Source: Octopus sinensis (lineage: Eukaryota). From it: a DNA stretch of 64,000 nucleotides. A program made the position numbers and the translations under genes. Where the stretch lies: NCBI RefSeq assembly GCF_006345805.1, contig NC_043006.1, forward strand, positions 20,336,001-20,400,000, given 5' to 3'. Shown here one piece after another: positions 1 through 11,628 of this stretch. The stretch's first letter is position 1, and each line of letters opens with the position of its first letter. The notes beneath the pieces are model-generated. The model was given only the letters and a program-made list of their open reading frames with translations. It had not been told where the DNA came from and ran no database searches.

Positions 1-191
1 TGTGAACAGATAGGCATAACATTTGACAAATTAATCTGAACCCTAAAGGGTTAAACAATGAACTCATGAACTCATCCCATAACAGTTGTCCAACTGACTA
101 GTTGAAAGAAATCTATATTTAACCAACAGTGTAGTAGAACTGCTATTGAAAAAAAAGCATCGTCATCATCGTCATGGATAAAGGATACTTA

Positions 192-296
<105 letters not shown>

Positions 297-451
297 TCAC
301 TACACAAAGGAGAAAAGTATAAACACTGATGTAACATTTCTTTCCACACTCTTAAAACAAAAATCATTTAAGCAAGATTGAGCGGCTGGCTTTGACTAAT
401 AATAATGACCAGTTTGTTGGCCAGCCAGCATCACTGGCTAGCGACTAGCTA

Positions 452-872
452 TACTCTTTTACTGGTTTCAGTCATCTGACTGTGGCCATGCTGGAGTACC
501 CACCTTTAGTCGAGCAAATCGACCCCAGGACTTATTCTTTGTATAAGCCTAGTACTTATTCTATCGGTCTCTTTTGTCGAACCGCTAAGTTACGGGGACG
601 TAAACACACCAGCATCAGTTGTCGAGCGATGTTGGGGGAACAAACACAGACATACAAACATATGCACACACACACATATATATACATATATATATATATA
701 TATGTACGACGGGCTTCTTTCAGTTTCCATCTACCAAATCCACTCACAAGGCTTTGGTTGGCCCAAGGCTATAGTAGAAGACACTTGCCCAAAGTGCCAT
801 GCAGTGGGACTGAACCCAGAACCATGTGGTTCATAAGCAAGCTACTTACCACACAGCCACTGCTATGCCTAT
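452..872 (-). mobile_element. tRNA-head SINE (family A) with internal (TA)n/(TG)n
   Basis: Head gtggctgtgtggtaag...ggttcagtccc has A/B-box-like motifs; same family at 14594, 38921, 56812 and several fragments. Confidence 0.85.
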
Positions 873-1067
873 AGTCAACAACACTAGGTAAAGACTAACA
901 ACACTGATCAGTTTGTTGGTTGGTTTCAACTAATAACACTGACCAATTAGCCATTGAGGGAGGTAGGTATGTGAGTAGCAATGAGAGTGATATTAGAAAT
1001 TAATAAGTGTATGTGTGTGTGTGTGGGGGGGATATATTAGGATTTAAGTAACAGCAGGGTTTTTTAC

Positions 1068-1159
1068 CTGGCAAGGTCCAAATGCAGTCCACCTGTAAAC
1101 TTCAACAGCGTAGCACAATCTCCTCCTTCCACATATTCCATTACCATACAGAAGTTTTT
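1068..1159 (-). CDS. MAST: MAST kinase exon [30 protein letters not shown](R) (subdomain V)
   Basis: Acceptor tatcag, donor gtaaaa, 92 nt, phase 0 to 2; conserved [17 protein letters not shown]. Confidence 0.97.
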
Positions 1160-1161
1160 CT

Positions 1162-1241
1162 GATAATAATAATAATGATAATAATAATAATAATAATAAT
1201 GATAATAATAATAATAATAATAATAACAATAATAATAATAA
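1162..1241. repeat. (AAT)n microsatellite abutting a splice acceptor
   Basis: About 26 near-perfect AAT units between SINE B tail and exon 1159. Confidence 0.95.
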
Positions 1242-1470
1242 TTTATTTCTTTATTGCCCACAGGGGGCTAAACATAGAGGAGACAAACAAGGACAGACAA
1301 AGGGATTAAGTCGATTACATCGACCCCAGTGCGTAACTGGTACTTAATTTATCGACCCCGAAAGGATGAAAGGCAAAGTCAACCTCGGCGGAACTTGAAC
1401 TCAGAACATAACGGCAGACGAAATACCGTGAAGCATTTCGCCCCGGAGTGCTAATGATTCTGCCAGGCTC
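1242..1470 (-). mobile_element. tRNA-head SINE (family B)
   Basis: gagc(c)tggcagaa...gagttcaa...gcctttcatcctttcggggtcgataaattaagtaccag; further copies near 7470-7690, 15820-16015, 20190-20320, 35380-35618, 49030-49250, 54050-54310. Confidence 0.85.
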
Positions 1471-1882
1471 TATACAAAAAGGGTCCAATAAAATAAACAA
1501 CTATCACAACAGGCTGGATCCCAAACAAAAAGCACAGAACGCACAATACAAACACTAATACAACAAAAGACAGCAACCAAACTTCACAACAAATCGAAAT
1601 AATGCAATACAACACCAAGAGTAGTTTGCATCCCACTAACAAAAAAGAACACACAATCTACAGTCAACAACAGAAATCCTTGAACCACTTTCCGTCAACT
1701 GAATTATTCAATTTTTTTCTATACATCTTATTAATAACAACTCAAGCATAATATAGATCATGATTGTAAGAATAAAATTTATTAACCAAACACTTTAAAT
1801 AATGTCAATGTACAACCCACTGGCTGTTTTCAACTGGAACACATTAGGGAGGAGTAGTGGTAAGGGTGATTCAATAACTTAC

Positions 1883-2057
1883 TTTGGTCTCAAAACTGCA
1901 GTACATGCTCACCACAAACGGGTTGTCAGTGAATGTGAGAATGTCCCTCTCAACAAATGCTTGTTCAGTTTGGTTGCGCATGAGTAAATGCTGTTTGCCT
2001 ATTTTCTTGATGGCAAATCGTTTTCTTGATTCTTTGTGACGCACTAGATAAACAGCT
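1883..2057 (-). CDS. MAST: MAST kinase exon [18 protein letters not shown]...[26 protein letters not shown] (subdomains I-IV)
   Basis: Acceptor ttttacag, donor gtaagt, 175 nt, phase 2 to 0; AIKK catalytic Lys and VERDIL alphaC Glu present. Confidence 0.98.
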
Positions 2058-2236
2058 CTGTAAAATATAGAGAAGGTTTAGAGTAAACAAGTATGGTGAC
2101 AAAAACTGTAAAGATAAGTATATATCAAAAGAAGAAAACACAAACACAAAAGCATTCTATTTTTACTTGCACAATTCAAACTTCAAATATGCAGTAAGAA
2201 TGTTGAATGTCTTCTGATAAAATATCTTGGCCTGTA

Positions 2237-2453
2237 TTAACCCTTTAGTATTCACATTTCTTTGTCAAATGCATTGCCTATTCATTCACGCTGTTTTGAA
2301 TTAATCGTTATTTTGTAGCTTCAATGTTGTGTTTGTAAATTTTTAGAATGACACTGTAGCGTAGGTGTGAGAGGTTGGATATGGTCAGTTTTAACATAAA
2401 ACAGGGAAAATATTTGGGTTGGATATGACTGAGATTAAATGCTAAATGGTTAA
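2237..2453. mobile_element. piggyBac-type MITE, opposite orientation
   Basis: ttaaccctttag...ctaaatggttaa; similar copy at 43926-44151. Confidence 0.8.
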
Positions 2454-4317
2454 ACACTTTATTCTATAGTGAACATCTTATTCTATTGTATTTTCAACAT
2501 ACAAATCAAATTTTCCCCACCAAAAAATTAACAACCAAAAATGGTAGGCCGACTTATACACAAAGACAAGTTTGGAGAAGCAAAAATTCCATGTGAAATG
2601 TAGCAAGAGTTTGATAAATAGCGACGATACTTGAATGATTACACTATGTACATTTGACTTGTATGCTGGAAAATATGGTCTATAGAACACCTTAATCTAG
2701 ATAAAAATTCCTTTTTCTATATAGGACACTTTGCACAGAACATCTTATTCTTTATAGAACACTTTATTGAACATTGGCCCAGGTTGGAACCTGGCTATAA
2801 TAAATAAAAATTATTCTCCCTTACAATAGTTCATCCGACAGAAATAAACATCAGATCATCCAGGAAAGTTAAGTACAACATCCTAATCATGGGGACTATT
2901 ATTCTTCCCACTACGTCTCACTGCATTTACTGGAGCTATAATCTGGCTCTCCAAACTGAATATATGACGATGGACTCTCCCACTGATTTTAACATGCCAT
3001 CCTCCTCCAGTCATTCAATTAAATGGACAACCAAATCATTGAATTACACATATGGTCAATCTGACAAGCTTCTATATAGTTTTTGTTCACCCAAATTCAC
3101 TCACAAGGTTTTGGTTCATCCAGGGCTATAGTAAAGGTGCTTGCTCGAAATGCTGTGTAGCAAGATTGAACCTGCAACCTCATGGTTGCAAAACAAACAC
3201 CTTTACCACTCATTATTGCCTGCATCCACTCTGAACACACACATATTTATACATGCACACACACACACACACACACAAACAGCTTAGATAAACACTTATG
3301 ATATCCGGTAGTTGTTTACGAAATATAGAAATATTTAGCTGTTTAAACAACTATGTCGAGTGACTTTCTAGCTTCAACATACTTTTACCATGATAAAACC
3401 AACCACTATGAAGAAGATACAATGTTTTTCACATGACCAAAAGCAAATATTGTTTTGCTATGGTGCTTCTGCAGCCAGTTCTTTTCTTAGTGCTGATATA
3501 TAAATAGTATGTCTTTCTTTCTCTTTTAAAACTTGGACATGTCTGTAGGAACTACTCGTTCAAATTGTGTTTTACGCTTAATGCTTTTGCTGTAATTAAC
3601 CACATCATTAAATGTCCTAGTAATAATCACAGGAAATGGGTGTGATGTCTGGTTTATATTTCAACAAGCAATATAATTATATCTTGATTAGACATAGCAT
3701 GTAATGATTATAGCATAGTTTAAACTCATGACCTTGTGGAGAGTAAGTCAATATCTTCTGACTGCAAATGAAATACGAAGATACAAGAGTTTTCTCAATA
3801 TTTGTAAGATACTTTCTTTAATTTATTGAAAACATACACATTGTTCATTCATTTATAGCTTGTTTTATTATCCTAGTATGAATTAGATAGTGAGGTAGTT
3901 GAAGCAATATGTTCAGGGTTACATCCAGATGCTCTTGCTGTTACCAACCCTTAGATTTTTGTTTTATTTCACTGACCTCTGGAAGCATAGAGCAACTGGT
4001 TGTAATGTCAACAAGGAATGTACATATTACATTAGTGTTTAACTCAATAAAAAGCCAAGGAACATCAAGATTTGTGCACACAGGCACACACACACACAAT
4101 ACAGGCATTGGTCAATTCGGGGCTACAGTTGATGGCACTTGCCCAAGTGGGACTGAACTCAGTACCACATGGACATGGAGCAAATGTCTTAACCGTACAG
4201 TCATGCCTGTACCTATACATAAAATTACATGACAACCATCCACCTTTATGACAAATAGAAGTATTGCATACAGGGCAGTACCAATAAGAAATTATGTTAG
4301 CTTAAAGCTTTTGATAC

Positions 4318-4695
4318 TGATGGAAGCACTCCGTCGGTTACGACGATGAGGGTTCCGGTTGATCCAAATCAACGGAACAGTCTGCTCGTGAAATTAACGT
4401 GTAAGTAGCTGAGCACTCCACAGACACGTGCACCCTTAACGTAGTTCTCGGGGATATTCAGCGTGACACAGAGAGTGACAAGGCTGGCCCCTTGAAATAC
4501 AGGTACAACAGAAACAGGACGTAAGAGTGAGAGAAAGTTGTGGTGAAAGAGTACAGCAGGGATCACCACCATCCCCTGCCGGAGCCTCGTGGAGCTTTTT
4601 TTAGGTGTTATTGCTCAATAAACACTCACAACGCCCGGTCTGGGAATCAAAACCGCGAGTCCGCTGCCCTAACCACTGGGCCATTGCGCCTTCAC
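4318..4695 (-). mobile_element. tRNA-head SINE (family D) with Nin/Deu-like central domain
   Basis: Head gtgaaggcgcaatggcccagtggttagggcagcggactc; body ttaagggtgcacgtgtctgtggagtgctcagc also present at 9263-9545(+). Domain name is from memory, unverified. Confidence 0.7.
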
Positions 4696-5236
4696 ATTTG
4701 ATACTATATTCTTGCTCACATACACTACCTCTGTTTCAACTGATTTTGAAAATAACGATGAATCTAGTGAAATAACTGTAGTCGTTAACCTAGTGTTTGA
4801 AACAAATTAACATAAAATTTTGATGATTATAATTAAGATGACTTTAAAGAGAAATTTGCACCATAGAATCAGTGGTACTTTTCAAGCAATTTGTATTATA
4901 GAATCAAGGCTGGTTTTAGGTGGGTTGGTATCAAAAATGCTTAATTTTGCTAGTGATTTATATTGAGAGGGCAATAATAAAAATGATGATAATGATGCAG
5001 TCGGACCTCATTTGTATTGATCCTGAAAGTATGAAATGGTAAAGTCAAGCTAGGTAAGATTTCAAAGTCTGAACAATGAGGTATTGAAATAAAACAGTAT
5101 GTCTGTCTAGTGTTCCAACAAACAACAAATGTCTTGAAAGGTGGGACGAAACACAAAACAAGGAACTGAAGTAAGAGAAATAAAAGAGTAAACAAACACG
5201 TAAGCAAGACAACAAAGAGTGAAGGCATTAACTTAC

Positions 5237-5310
5237 GCAAAAGCTCCACTGCTAATTAGTTTTATTGTATCAAAATCATCCTCTGATGGGGTTGCTTTCT
5301 TCTCTTTTGT
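5237..5310 (-). CDS. MAST: MAST kinase exon TKEKKATPSEDDFDTIKLISSGAF(A), start of kinase domain / Gly-rich loop
   Basis: Acceptor tttgcag, donor gtaagt, 74 nt, phase 0 to 2; aligns to the MAST P.ExDFxTIKLISNGAYG motif. Confidence 0.95.
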
Positions 5311-5386
5311 CTGCAAATTGGAGAAGAAAAAATTTTAATGACCAACATCATTACTGAGCCATGAGGAGGAGAGATAGAAAAAGAGG

Positions 5387-5432
<46 letters not shown>

Positions 5433-6464
5433 CAAAATGGGACAAGAACGCAAAACATCCAGATAGATGATACAAAAAACATGGATGGATCATTCGAAGC
5501 CTTTAATCTTCAGTCAAGAACCGGATCATCCTCGCAATTTCAGCTGATTAATCTTGAAATATATATATATATATACATACATACACACATATATATATAT
5601 ATACACATATATATATATATACATACACACACACACACACATATATATACACACACACGCACACACACATATATATATATACACACACACACATATATAT
5701 ATCTCTAAAAATGTCTTTTTAAAAATTTTTTCTATAAAACAATGCAAGTTATTGGAAATAATGTAAGTTGATAGCGTGTACTTTTACTTTGCATTTCAAT
5801 ATTTCAGTTAGGACCCCCTTCATAGAAATACTGATATACGAGATAAAAGAACAAACCATCGACTTGTATTACTTCTCATAATTTGCACTGTTTTGGCTGT
5901 ATAAAAAATAAAAGCATTTATATATATATATATATATATATATATCAAGCCAATGTTCCATACAAACTATATTTTCACACACACACACACATGCATGTAT
6001 CTGACTCATACACTGTTCGCTTTCCAGACATTTGTACATTACTGCATATACTTTGTACGCACTTTTTGACAAGTTGTGGTGCACCTGGGCACTGTATACA
6101 ATAATTTCATTATTATTATTATTATAGATTCATCATAAGGATTTGGTAATTCTTTATTGCAATGAGGAGGATCAGTGCTAAAAGATTTTTCAGTGCCTTA
6201 CCTATCTAGATCAGAAAACTAGAATAAATAAGTAAAGTTAAAAATGATTAATGTCTGTGATAAGAAAACTCGGGCAGATATAGTTCCAGAGGGACAGAGT
6301 TAAGGAGGGAAAGAACTGGATTAAGTGCTTAATAGGTTGATCAGATGATAGATAACAGAAACAGAAGATGAAAGTAACAAGGCTTCTTTTTTTTTTTGTA
6401 TAATAAGAGAGAAGGTTTTAGATGGATGGATTCCCGTTTCTGAAGTAAGATAATTATAACTTAC

Positions 6465-6535
6465 TGCATTGCTATCCGCTGATTCTGCTCCACTAGCGCA
6501 ATCTGTACTATCGTGCATTCCGATTTCCTGAACAT
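6465..6535 (-). CDS. MAST: MAST kinase linker exon (D)VQEIGMHDSTDCASGAESADSNA
   Basis: Acceptor ccctttctccag, donor gtaagt, 71 nt, phase 1 to 0; bridges the phases of the two flanking conserved exons exactly. Confidence 0.88.
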
Positions 6536-6696
6536 CTGGAGAAAGGGAACAAACATATGGTTAATTTGTTTAATATCAGTTATGGCATACATACATGGGC
6601 TGGTTGTAGGACTTATTTAAGACAGGATTTTAGAGCTGGCTGCTTTTTTGCAATTGCCAACACTTTCCAAGGGATTTTTTAAAAAAAATTTTTATT

Positions 6697-6958
6697 CCGT
6701 GCCGGTGGCACGTTAAAAGCACCAACCGATCGAGGCCGATGCCAGACTCCCCTGGCACCTGTGCCAGTGACACGTAAAAAGCACCCACTACACCACTTGC
6801 AGAGTGGTTGGCGTTAGGAAGGGCATCCAGCTGTAGAAACACTGCCAGATCAGACTGGAGCCTGGTGCAGCCTTCGGGCTTCCCAGGTCCCCGGTCGAAC
6901 CATCCAACCCGTGCTAGTGCGGAAAACGGACGTTAAACGATGGATGATGATGATGATT
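6697..6958 (+). mobile_element. Family C short retroelement (RTE-type 3' tail ending gttaaacgatg(GAT)n)
   Basis: Related copies at 11627-11977(-), 23730-23897(-), 28170-28415(+), 37365-37485(+), 41372-41545(-). Confidence 0.8.
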
Positions 6959-7469
6959 CCACTGGTTTTTGAAAATTCAGAGTGACCACTTGTAACATCA
7001 ACAAGGAATGGAAACATCCTATTACCATTTAGCTCAGACAGTGACAAGTGAAGCCATGGAAAGTCAACATTGACATACATATGCACACACACACACACAC
7101 ACACACACGATGGGCTTCTGTCCAGTTTGTCTAATTAATGCTTTTCCTCGTCACTAAAATTGAGATTGCATTCCACAATTTTGAAAATGCAGCACATAAA
7201 GTTCATCGGGAGTGTAAACACCACGACACTGCTTTTTAAAAATTTTTATTTCAGACAATTTCATGTAAGAAAGTGGAAATAGTAACTATAAAGTACACAT
7301 ACGCATGCACACAAAACTTCCAAGCAAAGTCTATCCATCAGTTTTATTCACAAGATATTGGTCAGTCTAAAGCAACAAGTATAAGACAAATTGCCCAAGG
7401 TGCTATGCAATGAGGCTGTACCTAACACCATGTGGCTGTGAAGCTAACTTCATAACCATGTAACTATAT

Positions 7470-7690
7470 ATTTCTTTACTACCCACAAGGAGCTAAACAT
7501 AGAGGGGACAAACAAGGACAGACAAACAGATTAAGTCGATTACATCGACCTCAGTGCGTAACTGGTACTTATTTAATCGACCCTGAAAGGATGAAAGGCA
7601 AAGTCGACCTCGGCAGAATTTGAACTCAGACCGTAACGGCAGATGCATTTCGCCCAGCCTGCTAACGTTTCTGCCAGCTCACAGCCTTTA
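7470..7690 (-). mobile_element. SINE family B copy
   Basis: Similarity to 1242-1470. Confidence 0.8.
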
Positions 7691-7907
7691 ACTATACTTA
7701 CACACATCCACACCCACCCACCCACCCACTCACATACATACTTATATAAACAGAGACAGACAAAGTTGTGTATCAAATGCTTGAACAATTCCCAATTCAC
7801 ACTGGTCTACTTTGCACGTAATATTACAATGTCTTTGGTATTTGAATCGAAAGGAATTAAAAAACTCGGATTGGCAGGAAAGAGAGAGTGTGTGTGTGTG
7901 TTCTTAC

Positions 7908-8034
7908 CAGCAAGTGGATCTCTGTTTAATCCCAATTTCTGGATGATATACTGGGGGATATCAGCTTTGACATACTGGCGTGCATGGCCTTCTGCTGCCT
8001 CCAGCATATGGTAAAATTGCTCTGGATTGAATTC
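7908..8034 (-). CDS. MAST: MAST kinase exon [42 protein letters not shown]
   Basis: Acceptor ctaaag, donor gtaaga, 127 nt, phase 0 to 1; conserved [18 protein letters not shown]...DIPxYIIxxLGL.RDP. Confidence 0.97.
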
Positions 8035-8284
8035 CTTTAGGGAACAAAAAGGGAGAAAAAAAAAAAAACATGAATAAACTTAATTGTTATCAAGATGAAG
8101 ATAGCTCAGTTGGTTTATTCACCAGTGAGCAGCATATTTAGTTTGTCATCAATACTATCTTGTTCTGTTGCAGCACTAGGCACATCATCTCAGACAAATT
8201 TCAACAGTCATAATTCTGTCTTGTGAAGCAATTCTCAAATCTTTTAGAAATGATTCTCATTTCACTATAGTCACATATGTGTGT

Positions 8285-8585
8285 TCCTTTTCGAGTCATG
8301 CCTGGCTCATAAGGGCCGGTTTTCCGGTTTCCTTGGCGTATAGGTTACCCCCACCTGGACGGAATGCCGGTCCATCACAGGTGAGCTGCAAGATGCAGGA
8401 GGAAAGAGAGTGAGAGAAAGTTGTAGTGAAAGAGTCAGCAGAAGTTCGCCAATACCTTCTGTTGGAGCCGCGTGGAGCTTAAGTGTTTCGCTCATAAACA
8501 CACACATCGCCCGGGCCTGAGATTCGAACCCACGATCCCTCGACTGTGAGTCCGCTGCTCTAACCACCAGGCCATGTGCCTCCAC
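8285..8585 (-). mobile_element. tRNA-head SINE sharing the family D head with a different 3' body
   Basis: gtggaggcacatggcctggtggttagagcagcggactc...ggttcgaatc head; body gtgatggaccggcattccgtccagg. Confidence 0.75.
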
Positions 8586-8819
8586 ATAGTCACATATAGG
8601 TTAGATATTTCTTCAGAATTGGACATTTGCATTAATTACTGGGGAGGTTAGAAGTGGGAGCACACTAGGTGGCATATTAGACACAATGGGTTTGAATTTC
8701 AAATGCTGCATCGCATCGTCACGGGTTCAAAACCCTGCTTCTTCCCAATGAGGGAGAGGTTATTTTGGTTAATACAGACGAGGCTGACTTGACAAGACAA
8801 AAACACTGTGGTGACCTAC

Positions 8820-8918
8820 CAAGCATTCCAGTAGACGAGCTGGTCGGGAAACAATGATGAGTAGCTTTTTGATGAGTGGATAGAGGTACTGATATGTCTC
8901 TTCAGATCTCTCTTGAGC
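8820..8918 (-). CDS. MAST: MAST kinase exon AQERSEETYQYLYPLIKKLLIIVSRPARLLECL
   Basis: Acceptor ttgaag, donor gtaggt, 99 nt, phase 0 to 0; conserved RPARLLECL. Confidence 0.97.
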
Positions 8919-10204
8919 CTTCAATAAGAAATAGGAAACAAAGATTATTGGATAATAGAATACAAGATTCAAAAGATAGAAACGATATATGTAAGTCAGT
9001 ATGATGCCATAATAACAAACTCAAACCCATGTAGTTTACAAAGTGAACTTCTAAACCACATTGTTACACACACACACACACTATAACACAAGGTTCTGAA
9101 TAAAGATAAAAAGACAGTTGCTGAAACTGATTGTTGTTCTTAAAAAGCTTCTCTGAGCATTGATGTATGAAAGCTTCAACATTTCACAGCAGACTTAGCA
9201 GAAGCCCATAAAATTATGTACCAATTTTCCAACAAGTTTGGCTACCTTTTTGAATTCAAAAAGCATGGCCTAGTGGTTAGGAATATTAGGCTTGTACTTG
9301 TAAGGTAGTAAGTTCAATTCTTGGCAGCACTTTGTGTCCTTGGGCGAGGCACTTTCACATCGCTCCAGTCCACTCAACTAGCAAAAATGAGTCATACCGG
9401 TAATTCAAAGGGCTGAATCTCCCTACATTAAGGGTACACATGTCTGTGGAGTGCCCAGCCACTCGCATATTAATTTCACAAGTAGGCTGTTCCATTGCTC
9501 GGATCAATTGGAATGCTTGTCTATATAACAGACGGAGGGCAAGTTATTTCTACCACCTATGGGTATGCTAAAAAACAGCACAACATCCATGAAGTTTGGA
9601 AACAGTTTGCCATGCTCAGAACTGCTGAAGCATGGAATATAATCAGCATCGGTTGTTATCCATCAGGACACTGCATCCTTAAAAAGTTCCGTATCTTCTG
9701 AAACCCACGGAATACTACTCCTGAATTGCCGATGCACACTTTCCACTTCATTGTTCACTTTTCTGTCCTTTTGGGCTTTATCCTATATACTGTGCAAGTA
9801 TTTTTGGCTATTATTTTTGTCTTTCTTTACTTGACTTATTGTTGCCCTCTGTCCCCTCTTTTACCATTTTCTGAGGAACAGTAGAGTACCGGAACACTAT
9901 ATACAACAAGCTTATTGTTATCATTATTAATAGAGTGGTGAGCTGGCAGAATCGTTAGCATGCTGGGCAAACTACTTAATGGCATTTTGCCTGTCTTTAT
10001 GTTCTAAGTTCAAATTCTTCTGGCATCAACTTTGTCTTTCATTCTTTCAGGGTTAACAATTTCCCTATAGTAATAATAATAATAATAATAATAGTCGTTG
10101 ATTCTAGAAGGATCATGGGTAAATTCATGTTGTTTGTCAGCTGTAAATATTTGCTATAAAGAAAAACAATAAAATAATCAAATAAAAGCAATAAAAGAGC
10201 TTAC

Positions 10205-10405
10205 ATCTTTGAGTAGTTTCTCTAAATTTTCTGACAATTCACAGAAATAATTACTAGTTATTAGTTTTTCCTGAGATTTTTGAAGACAATCTCTTGCCAT
10301 TTCAAGTACTTGGTGATGAAGAAAGCTTAAAATTGCATCAGGTTCAACTGGTGCTCGGTTTAATTCAATAAAGAGCTCCAGTCTTTCTTCCATCTGATCA
10401 GTGGC
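10205..10405 (-). CDS. MAST: MAST kinase exon ATDQMEERL...FLHHQVLEMARDCLQKS...LEKLLKD (DUF1908)
   Basis: Acceptor tatatag, donor gtaagc, 201 nt, phase 0 to 0; conserved ATxQMEERL and HHQxxExARDCL. Confidence 0.97.
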
Positions 10406-11386
10406 CTATATAAATAGAGAGAAACAGAATTTATACCTTGGATACTATCAACGAGCCCCACAGTTGTCACCCAACAAATATTTAAAAAACAAACATTCAA
10501 ATAAAGGATTTAATCTTCCTTGGCAGCAACACCTTACAGAGCAAAAGGTGTAGGCAATCAGGGAAAGAACACATTATGCAGAACACTGCTGGAGAAGAAG
10601 AACATATCTTCTCCTCTTGTAACCCAAGCACTGACATACAGGTATTGGTAGAACAAGAAGTGCATCTATCAATCAACTTGTGGAAGACACTGGATATCAA
10701 GCTGAGAATATGAAGGTTGCAATAGCAGATCAGGACATCTGGTGTGAAAGAGTTGTATTGCTCTGGGCAAGATGTTTGACCATTGACATATAGAAGGAAT
10801 TAATTGTATACATGATTTCTCTATTAACCATGTCAGACCACCAGAATAAAAAAAAATAAATAAAAAAACATTTCTAGTTACTTTATTCATAAAAAAAGCC
10901 CACTTATAAGTAAAGTTACTAAAAATTAAAAAAAAAAACACTTCATATTCTCAAAGCCATTTCTTCTCTTTGGATGTTTTTAAATCTATTTTTAAAACAT
11001 AATTAAGCAGAAAAATACAATTAGGAAGACAAGCATAAATGAATTTAGAGCTATGTCTGATTGAATTGAGAAGAAATCATATAAAGGAAGCTGTTGGATG
11101 CCATGTTGAAAATTAATTCAAAATGTTGCTGGAAGTGTTTTTAAGAATGTTATTTCTTATCTGATTTTAAGGAATAAATGAGTATAAAACTAAAAAGAGC
11201 AGATGAAATAATTTTACAGGAGACATAGCTAAGTCTAAACAGAAGGCAGATTAATTTAATTTTTGATTTTGAGCAATATAATAGTGAAGTAATGGATATG
11301 TGCATACGAAAGAGACAGACAGACAGAAATATGATGACAATGAAAGGAAGGGAAAAGGAAGAGAGAAATATTTAAAAGAGTCTAAC

Positions 11387-11462
11387 CTTAGGGAATCTCT
11401 CTTTATACATATTATTCATCATGACTATTTCCAAATCACTTGCAGGAGAGCGAGCAGGACTA
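11387..11462 (-). CDS. MAST: MAST kinase exon SPARSPASDLEIVMMNNMYKERFPK
   Basis: Acceptor cattgcag, donor gttaga, 76 nt, phase 2 to 0; conserved EIxMMNxxYKERFPK. Confidence 0.96.
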
Positions 11463-11594
11463 CTGCAATGGGAAAATATAAACAAACATTAGTTAATTAA
11501 TCAAACATTATTTTGTACATTAATGAAGAAATAAGAGAAGCAGGTATATCTCAGTATTGGTGCGTATGTAGGTGTATGTATGATTGTATGTGAA

Positions 11595-11626
<32 letters not shown>

Positions 11627-11628
<2 letters not shown>

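Noticed and set aside
482-874. Recurring peptide RQASFSFRLPNPLTRLW...GTEPGTMWLVSKLLTTQP (also 14888, 38853, 56755)
   Set aside because: Antisense translation of SINE family A, not a gene family.
3733-3761. Possible 29-nt exon after acceptor tttcatttgcag
   Set aside because: Would frameshift inside the Gly-rich loop; weak donor gtcatg.
8500-8585. tRNA gene
   Set aside because: tRNA-like A/B boxes are the head of a SINE; no complete cloverleaf or terminator.
9868-9905. ctgagga...ggaac hammerhead-like string
   Set aside because: No GAAA and no formable helices I and III.
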